Below, one piece after another: positions 1 to 5,660 of a stretch of 14,008 bases of DNA (position 1 is its first letter; each line of letters starts with the position of its first letter). A model generated the notes under the pieces. That model was not told the origin of the DNA, ran no database searches, and worked only from the letters and a program-made list of their open reading frames with translations. Source of the DNA: Candidatus Bipolaricaulia bacterium (GTDB taxonomy: Bacteria; Bipolaricaulota; Bipolaricaulia; JBHIAT01); NCBI GenBank assembly GCA_046758705.1, contig JBHIAT010000091.1, positions 1 to 14,008 on the forward strand, written 5' to 3'. Made by a program: the position numbers and the translations under genes.

Positions 1-79
1 TGGTGACAGAAGTATATCTCATCTTCTAGAAACACTCAACAGGGAGACCACCGAAAATTATATCCTCGATTTTTTAATT

Positions 80-108
80 AATATAAAGTATTTGCTCAGA
101 GGAGTCAA
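80..108 (-). promoter_or_regulatory. Leftward sigma70-type promoter (TTGACT-N17-TATATT) for a gene at or beyond the left edge
   Basis: Minus strand reads TTGACT (108-103), a 17-nt spacer, then TATATT (85-80), in an AT-rich intergenic region. Confidence 0.6.
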
Positions 109-132
109 GATCGGATTCAGGGTAGAGTTGGG

Positions 133-175
133 TGTAAGTCAACTTACAGATAAACGTCTCGTATTATACTATCTT
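133..175 (+). promoter_or_regulatory. CRP/FNR-family-like operator (TGTAAGTCAACTTACA) plus -10 box TATCTT; activator-dependent promoter of the redoxin-trxB operon
   Basis: Near-perfect 16-bp palindrome at 133-148. GTA-N8-TAC-N22-TAN3T spacing with -10 at 170-175. Same geometry at two other sites in the window. Confidence 0.75.
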
Positions 176-221
176 TAGAGTCAGGTCACTAAAACTTCTG
201 ATAGAGAGGAGGTGAGCCAGC

Positions 222-479
222 ATGGAAGAAGAGGTCAAGATCTACACAACACCGACATGCTCCTATTGCAAGCAGGCCAAAGCGTACATGGCGAAAAAGG
301 GCATCCAATATACCGAGTACGACGTGACGAAAGATCAGGAGGCATTGCAAGAGATGGTCCGGATTTCCGGTGCCCGTGCTGTACCGGTAATCGTAGTTTG
401 TGAACAAATCATGGTCGGCTTCGATCCGGCGAGATTCGATCAGATGCTCAACTGCATGCAGAATCGGACTGATCTGTAG
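222..479 (+). CDS. Glutaredoxin-like / NrdH-redoxin (YruB-type) protein
   Basis: VKIYTTPTCSYC (CxxC), cis-Pro motif AVPVIVV, C-terminal VGFD, 85 aa, strong RBS GGAGGTG, directly upstream of trxB. Confidence 0.9.
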   Translation: MEEEVKIYTTPTCSYCKQAKAYMAKKGIQYTEYDVTKDQEALQEMVRISGARAVPVIVVCEQIMVGFDPARFDQMLNCMQNRTDL

Positions 480-500
480 CAAAGAGCGAAGGAGAGCAAG

Positions 501-1436
501 ATGGAAAGAGAAAGATACGATATGATCATCATTGGGGCCGGGCCGGCGGGATTGACTGCCGGCCTCTACTGTGGCCGATCCCGACTTAAGACGTTGATTC
601 TGGAAGCTGTGATTCCCGGCGGTACACTGACCAAAACTGAAAAGATCGAAGACTATCCCGGCTTTGAGGAGATCACGGGCCAACAGTTGGCCGCCCGTAT
701 GGAGGGTCAAACGCGCAAATTCGGGGCCGAGATCAAGAGCGAGTCCGTGGTTAAAGTGCTCTGGGAAGCGAAAACCAAGCTCGTCAAGACGGAAGAAGCT
801 GAATACGAAGCTGGGGCGGTGATCATTGCCGCAGGAGGTTGGCCCAAGCAGCTAAACGTTCCCGGAGAACAAGAACTCACCGGCAGAGGCTGCTCCTACT
901 GCGCTCTATGCGATGGACCCTTCTTTCAGGATCAAGAGATCACCGTCATTGGTGGGGGCGATTCCGCTGTTGAAGAGGCGATCTTTCTGACGAAATATGC
1001 GAGCAAAGTCACGATCATCCACCGTCGCGACACGTTCAGGGCACAAAAAGCCATTCAAGAGAAGGCTTTTCAGAATCCCAAGATCGAAGTGCTTTGGAAC
1101 ACGGTCGTGGAAGAGATCCAGGGAGAAGATGGCGTCGAAGCTTTGGTGCTCAAGAACGTCCGGAGCGGGGAGCGAAAGAAGCTCGATGTGAAGGGTGTGT
1201 TCATCTTCATCGGGTTTGTACCCAACCAGGTCAAGGGGATGCACCCGAATCATGATAAGGGTGGATTTCTTGTGGCGGATGAGAGGATGGAGACGTCATG
1301 CCCCGGCATCTTCGCGGTGGGTGACATTCGATCACAGCCGGTGCGACAGATCACCAACGCCACTGGAGACGGGACGGTTGCCGCCGTGATGGCGGAGGAG
1401 TATTTGGAAGAACACAACTTACGGGTGAAATCCTAA
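501..1436 (+). CDS. trxB: Thioredoxin-disulfide reductase
   Basis: GAGPAGLTA FAD motif, GRGCSYCALCDG active site, GGGDSAVEEA and HRRDTFRA NADPH motifs, GIFAVGD; RBS AAGGAG. Confidence 0.95.
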   Translation: MERERYDMIIIGAGPAGLTAGLYCGRSRLKTLILEAVIPGGTLTKTEKIEDYPGFEEITGQQLAARMEGQTRKFGAEIKSESVVKVLWEAKTKLVKTEEAEYEAGAVIIAAGGWPKQLNVPGEQELTGRGCSYCALCDGPFFQDQEITVIGGGDSAVEEAIFLTKYASKVTIIHRRDTFRAQKAIQEKAFQNPKIEVLWNTVVEEIQGEDGVEALVLKNVRSGERKKLDVKGVFIFIGFVPNQVKGMHPNHDKGGFLVADERMETSCPGIFAVGDIRSQPVRQITNATGDGTVAAVMAEEYLEEHNLRVKS

Positions 1437-1514
1437 CCGCCTTGCACCGCCCCCCTCGCCCTCTTATAGGTTATAGGGAATCACACGAATCCAGGGTCGG
1501 TTTATCGGTCTCCT

Positions 1515-2732
1515 CTATCTCTTGAGCATCTTACGCATCATCAGCCTCGGTCCGCCAAGCCCCCAAAGATAGCGATAGCCGATCAGGTTCTTCAGTGTCC
1601 GCGCCGCCCAGCCGGAGAAGTGCAGTCCGAAGCCTCCCAGATTCAACACCCCTAAGGCATCCTTGTGTCCCAAGCTCAAGAACGTGCCCAACCGTTTGGG
1701 TCGGAACGGCTCGGGCGCCCGATCGGCCAGCTGGCGGGACAGGTTCCTCGCGGCCCAATACCCTTGTTGAAACGCGATCTGAGCCGTGGACGGCAACGGA
1801 CGACCTTGGTCATCGACGAATAACGAGCAGTCCCCAATGATGTAAACGTCCGGATGATCACGGGCTTGCAACAACTCGTTGACATAGGCCCGCCCTTGCC
1901 GATTGACCGCAAACCCGCTTTGCTCGACGAGGTGATGGCCACGCACGCCGCCGGCCCAAATGATCACTCCGGCCTCCAGTCGCTGGTCATTCCCCAGGAC
2001 CACACAGTGGGACTCCACGCGGCTGATGAGAGCCCCGGTGATCAACTCCACCCCTTTGCGCGTGAGGGTGTTGGTGGCCTGCTTGATCAGCAGCGGATCA
2101 AAGCCTGGGAGGATCGTTTCAGCTCCTTCCACCACGGTGATATGGATCTCTTTCGGGTCCAGGTCAAAGGTCTTAGCCAGGCGCGGTCGCCAGTCGACCA
2201 TCTCACCTGCCAACTCCACACCGGTGAACCCCCCACCCCCGATGAGGATATGGGTGCACCAGTGCTGATCGGGGTTTTCGTCATAGGCGACCATGGCCAG
2301 CTCGATGCGGCTGTGGATCAGGTGCGCGCTGCTGAGATCGTGCAGCACGAGCGCATGCTCCTGCAAGCCCTCGATCTCGTAGAACTGGGGTTCCCAGCCC
2401 AGTGCGATGATCAAGGCGTCGTAGGTGAGGGCCTTCGTCTCACCGCGTGTCTTCACCTCGACCTGGTGTGCTTGAGGATCGATGGTCTGAACGATGCCAC
2501 GCAGCACCCCGATCTGCGGGCTTAGCAACCTGGGCAGGTAGACCGAGACCTCTTCCAAGGCCGTATTCCAGATGGTCGGGTGATGCAAGAGCGTCGTCAG
2601 GTAATGGTAGTTGTGGTTGTTTACCAACGTGATTTGGGCTTTTCCTGAGGTCACGAGTCGACGCAGGCGGATGGCGGCGGTGACCCCGGCATAGCCGCCG
2701 CCGAGGATGAGGATCTGGGGTTTGTTCGCCAT
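1515..2732 (-). CDS. ndh: Type II NADH:quinone oxidoreductase (NDH-2 family FAD-dependent oxidoreductase)
   Basis: ILGGGYAG and IGGGGFTGVELAGE dinucleotide motifs, IWAGGV, YIIGD, AQIAFQQG (AQxAxQ quinone-site motif), basic amphipathic C-terminus. Confidence 0.88.
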   Translation of the reverse strand: MANKPQILILGGGYAGVTAAIRLRRLVTSGKAQITLVNNHNYHYLTTLLHHPTIWNTALEEVSVYLPRLLSPQIGVLRGIVQTIDPQAHQVEVKTRGETKALTYDALIIALGWEPQFYEIEGLQEHALVLHDLSSAHLIHSRIELAMVAYDENPDQHWCTHILIGGGGFTGVELAGEMVDWRPRLAKTFDLDPKEIHITVVEGAETILPGFDPLLIKQATNTLTRKGVELITGALISRVESHCVVLGNDQRLEAGVIIWAGGVRGHHLVEQSGFAVNRQGRAYVNELLQARDHPDVYIIGDCSLFVDDQGRPLPSTAQIAFQQGYWAARNLSRQLADRAPEPFRPKRLGTFLSLGHKDALGVLNLGGFGLHFSGWAARTLKNLIGYRYLWGLGGPRLMMRKMLKR

Positions 2733-2735
2733 GGT

Positions 2736-2855
2736 TCACGCCCTCTTATTTTCGCCTCTGGCTGCCTCATCAACGAACCACACGACCCGTCCTCTGGGGT
2801 GGACCCTGGCCACCGGGTAAAGATGGATCACCTGATCGAGCAAGTTCTTGACTCG
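2736..2855 (-). pseudogene. Probable C-terminal remnant of 6-phosphogluconolactonase (Pgl/DevB)
   Basis: Minus frame reads RVKNLLDQVIHLYPVARVHPRGRVVWFVDEAARGENKRA*. YPVARVHP..VVWFVDEAA resembles the Pgl C-terminus. The stop lies 3 nt before the ndh ATG and no Pgl-like N-terminal part is present. Confidence 0.6.
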
Positions 2856-2857
2856 AC

Positions 2858-3328
2858 TTAGACCCACGCTTCGTACAGCACACCGACCAGCAGACCGTAA
2901 ATCAAGTGGACCATGAGGAACCCCATCGCTGTCATGGCGGGATAGTTCTTGACGAAGACTCCAGGTGCCTGCATCTCACCACTGCGCATTAGCGGATGCA
3001 TCATCCCGATCATCCCCATGCCCATGCCCACCACCAGCCAGTGGCCGGCCCCGAAGAGGATCCCCCAACCGGCGAGGTTGGACTCCAGATCGAAGGCCTG
3101 GTAGAGGCCGGTGTGGATGAGAGCGAAGATGATGCCCATCATGGCGTGAATCATTGCCCCGACCATGTAGGCGGCTACTTTGCCTCGCACCATCATAGTG
3201 CCCAGCATGTACAGTATGTTCATGGTCATTTTCTGGGGCATCATAGCGATACCCATGTACATAATGACCGTCATCACCGCTGTCCCCACCAGCCCGGCTA
3301 AAACTGCTGCTCCAGCGTCGTAGGGCAT
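2858..3328 (-). CDS. Uncharacterised Met/His-rich ~4-TM membrane protein
   Basis: ATG at 3328 preceded by RBS AAGGAGGA. 156 aa with four hydrophobic segments, 25 Met and 5 His (MIHAMMG, LIH, GHW, MHP, VHLIYG). Confidence 0.85.
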   Translation of the reverse strand: MPYDAGAAVLAGLVGTAVMTVIMYMGIAMMPQKMTMNILYMLGTMMVRGKVAAYMVGAMIHAMMGIIFALIHTGLYQAFDLESNLAGWGILFGAGHWLVVGMGMGMIGMMHPLMRSGEMQAPGVFVKNYPAMTAMGFLMVHLIYGLLVGVLYEAWV

Positions 3329-3353
3329 CTTGTCCTCCTTTCTCTGTTGCTCT

Positions 3354-3396
3354 ACTGTATACGAGCTTTCATGGACAATCTGTAACACCGCTTACA
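3354..3396 (-). promoter_or_regulatory. CRP/FNR-family-like operator (TGTAAGCGGTGTTACA) plus -10 TACAGT upstream of the Met/His-rich gene
   Basis: Minus-strand TGTAA-N6-TTACA at 3396-3381. TAN3T box at 3359-3354 lies exactly 22 nt after TAC. Confidence 0.7.
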
Positions 3397-3451
3397 GTTT
3401 TTGTGGCCGTGCGTCTCGATAATGAGTTGTGTTCTCGTGATATGATTTGTA

Positions 3452-3481
3452 ATTATAAAATGTTGGGCTTAGAGAGGTCAG
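3452..3481 (-). promoter_or_regulatory. Leftward sigma70-type promoter (CTGACC-N18-TATAAT)
   Basis: Perfect TATAAT at 3457-3452 on the minus strand with a weak -35. The block resembles the leftward promoter at 80-108. Confidence 0.45.
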
Positions 3482-3583
3482 GATCGGGTCCGATAGACTA
3501 CAATTTAAGTGGTGAGGTGTGTTGGCGCTTCTGCCTGGTTGTATGAGCGCTGTTGCGTTTGTAGGCCACGAGAAGGAGCCGGA

Positions 3584-3626
3584 TGTAAGTTAACTTACAG
3601 ACAAACGTTTCGCACTGGGGTAGAAT
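3584..3626 (+). promoter_or_regulatory. CRP/FNR-family-like operator (perfect palindrome TGTAAGTTAACTTACA) plus -10 TAGAAT upstream of the three-paralog operon
   Basis: Perfect 16-bp palindrome at 3584-3599, -10 at 3621-3626 at the N22 spacing. 3584-3612 matches 133-161 at 26/29 nt. Confidence 0.8.
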
Positions 3627-3706
3627 CAAATCATAACGCGACAATGTTCTGAGAGAGGTGGTTTCAAAATGTGCACACTCAAGAGGTCGACAAGGGGGTG
3701 TTGGTG

Positions 3707-4090
3707 ATGGCGGAACGAGTAACTACACCAACACCGTGGGGTCTGCGACTGTTCCCGTTTCTGACCATGTCCGGCTGGATCCTGATCCTGATCGCGTTCA
3801 TCATCGGAGCCGCGATACTCGCTCCCTCCCACGCCGGATACTGGGGAGATCACTCCAAAGCGGATCGGGATGCAGCCGCCGCCGGTTCGGAGCTGCTTGG
3901 CGAACTGAACGAGATCAATACCTTCCCGCGCTGGGTTGCCCCCATGAAGTTCCTCGGGGTGGCGTCGTTCATGGTAGGGATTGCTCTTGAGTTCGCGACC
4001 ATTCCTAGGATCCTAAACAGACGAGGCGACGTGCTGAGCCGTGCGGTGCCGGTAATCGCTCGAGCAGGTGCGGATGCAAGGAGGAAGTAA
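3707..4090 (+). CDS. Uncharacterised 2-TM membrane protein, single copy of the W-x-x-P-x-K-F repeat (paralog A)
   Basis: ATG at 3707 after AAGGGGGTG. Hydrophobic segment, loop YWGDHSKADRDAAAAGSELL, then WVAPMKFLGVASFMVGIAL, which aligns with repeats in the next two genes. Confidence 0.8.
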   Translation: MAERVTTPTPWGLRLFPFLTMSGWILILIAFIIGAAILAPSHAGYWGDHSKADRDAAAAGSELLGELNEINTFPRWVAPMKFLGVASFMVGIALEFATIPRILNRRGDVLSRAVPVIARAGADARRK

Positions 4091-4093
4091 ACC

Positions 4094-4882
4094 ATGATGC
4101 AGAGCATGCTAGATGCGATGATGACGCGGTACCCGATGTTCATCGCCATGGGGTTCATGATCGTGATCGCCGCGCTGATCATCGGGGCCAACAACGCCGG
4201 CAACGCGTCCGAATATTATGCGTTCGATAAGGCGGTGCGGGATGCGGCGGGACGCGACTCGGAGCTGGCGCTTCTGAAAGTGGGTGTGGAGCGCATCGGA
4301 GTCTGGCTGCCTCCGTTCAAGTTTCTCGGGCTCGGGATGATCCTGGGAGGGATCACCATGGCGCTGGGAGTGATCATCAAGAATCTCGTCGGTGCCGGGG
4401 AGAAGGTGATGGCCGAGTTCCCGGAGGATCTCAGACTGCCGCCTCAGCCCAAGCCCCTCACCGCCCGGATGTTCCCGATGATTATGATGATGGGGATGGT
4501 CATCCTGTTCGTGGCCTTGTTCGTTTCACTGTGGCTTCAGGGGGTTGCGGCCGACTACTGGAACCACGCGATCGCCACGGAGCTTAACCCGGCGGCGAGC
4601 CGATCGGATTTGGCCGAGAAACTGGCGACGATCCAAGGGAACGAGGCGTGGCTGACGCCGTTCAAGTTCCTCGGGCTCGCCTTCCTGTTCACCGGGATCA
4701 CCCTAGCGCTGGTGACAATCATCCGGGCGTTGACGCTGCAGGGAGAGACGCTCGGTCGGGTCCTCCCCGAGATGCAGCAGCGTGCAACCGTAACCAAGAC
4801 CCAGAAGACCAAGGCCAGCAAGAAGCCTGAGGCCAAAACCGAGGTTGAGACGAAGGCGGAGAATCGGAAGGGAGGCGAGTGA
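4094..4882 (+). CDS. Uncharacterised Met-rich 4-TM membrane protein, two internal repeats and a Lys/Glu-rich tail (paralog B)
   Basis: RBS GGAGG. Motifs WLPPFKFLGLGMILGGITMAL and WLTPFKFLGLAFLFTGITLAL. Clear paralog of the next ORF. Confidence 0.88.
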   Translation: MMQSMLDAMMTRYPMFIAMGFMIVIAALIIGANNAGNASEYYAFDKAVRDAAGRDSELALLKVGVERIGVWLPPFKFLGLGMILGGITMALGVIIKNLVGAGEKVMAEFPEDLRLPPQPKPLTARMFPMIMMMGMVILFVALFVSLWLQGVAADYWNHAIATELNPAASRSDLAEKLATIQGNEAWLTPFKFLGLAFLFTGITLALVTIIRALTLQGETLGRVLPEMQQRATVTKTQKTKASKKPEAKTEVETKAENRKGGE

Positions 4883-4884
4883 TC

Positions 4885-5589
4885 ATGGAACAAACGAGGA
4901 TGGAACGGATGATGCAGCCGGTGATGCGGCGGTATTCGATGGTGATGATGATGGGGTTTCTGATCGTCCTGGCCTCGTTCATCATTGGAACCATCAACTC
5001 GTCGACCGCGGCTGAGTACTTTGCATTCTCCAAACAGGAGCGAGAGACAGCGACGGCCGGATCCGATCTGGTCAATCAGAAGGTCTTCGTAGAGCGAACG
5101 AAGGTCTGGTTGCCTCCGTTCAAGTTCGTGGGGCTGGGTATGATGCTCGGGGCGATCACCATGGCGCTTGGCACCATCGCCCAACGGCTGAGGACGATGG
5201 GTGAGACCGTGATGGGCACCTGGCCGGACCGTCTAAGGCCGGAGATGCCGCCCAAGCCGATGGCCGCAAAGATGTTCCCGATGATGATGATGATGGGGAT
5301 AGTGATCCTGTTCGTGGCCCTGTTCGTTTCGCTGTGGCTGCAAGGGGTCGCGGCCGACTACTGGAATCACGCGATCGCCACGCAGCTCAACCCGGCTCAG
5401 CCGGGGTCGGAACTGCTCAATCAGCTCGGGACCATCCAGTCGGTGAAGGCATGGTTGACCCCGTTCAAGTTTGTCGGGATGGGGTTCCTGTTCACCGGGA
5501 TCACCCTGGCACTGGTGACGATCATCGGTGCACTGCGCAAGCAGGAGGAGACGGTAGGAACGTTCATCTCGCAAGCGGAGTCGAGTTAG
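4885..5589 (+). CDS. Uncharacterised Met-rich 4-TM membrane protein, two internal repeats (paralog C)
   Basis: GGAGG 9 nt before ATG 4885 (alternative GTG at 4879 overlaps the previous stop). Motifs WLPPFKFVGLGMMLGAITMAL and WLTPFKFVGMGFLFTGITLAL; PMMMMMG run. Confidence 0.88.
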   Translation: MEQTRMERMMQPVMRRYSMVMMMGFLIVLASFIIGTINSSTAAEYFAFSKQERETATAGSDLVNQKVFVERTKVWLPPFKFVGLGMMLGAITMALGTIAQRLRTMGETVMGTWPDRLRPEMPPKPMAAKMFPMMMMMGIVILFVALFVSLWLQGVAADYWNHAIATQLNPAQPGSELLNQLGTIQSVKAWLTPFKFVGMGFLFTGITLALVTIIGALRKQEETVGTFISQAESS

Positions 5590-5618
5590 TTTAGTCGTCA
5601 GTTAGGTTAAAGCTATAG

Positions 5619-5655
5619 GGTGCTCAACCTCCCCGAGCGTGGGGGGTTGAGCACC
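5619..5655. terminator. Stem-loop between convergent genes, likely intrinsic terminator (possibly bidirectional)
   Basis: GGTGCTCAACC(TCCC)-cgagcgt-(GGGG)GGTTGAGCACC: 11-bp perfect outer stem extendable to 15 bp with one G-U pair, followed by TTTACTT on the + strand. Confidence 0.75.
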
Positions 5656-5660
5656 TTTAC

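Noticed and set aside
133-148. Palindrome as a CcpA cre site, TnrA/GlnR box or IS terminal repeat
   Set aside because: Spacing is TGTAA-N6-TTACA (16 bp), not the 14-bp cre or the N7 TnrA/GlnR layout. No transposase is present, and the fixed distance to -10 boxes favours an activator site
5281-5295. (ATG)5 repeat as a phase-variation tract
   Set aside because: In-frame triplet encoding MMMMM; slippage would not shift the frame, and the paralog has MIMMM at the same site
4555-5574. His-runs (HHHHH) in minus-strand ORFs suggesting metal-binding proteins
   Set aside because: These are the reverse complement (CAT/CAC) of Met/Val codons in paralogs B and C
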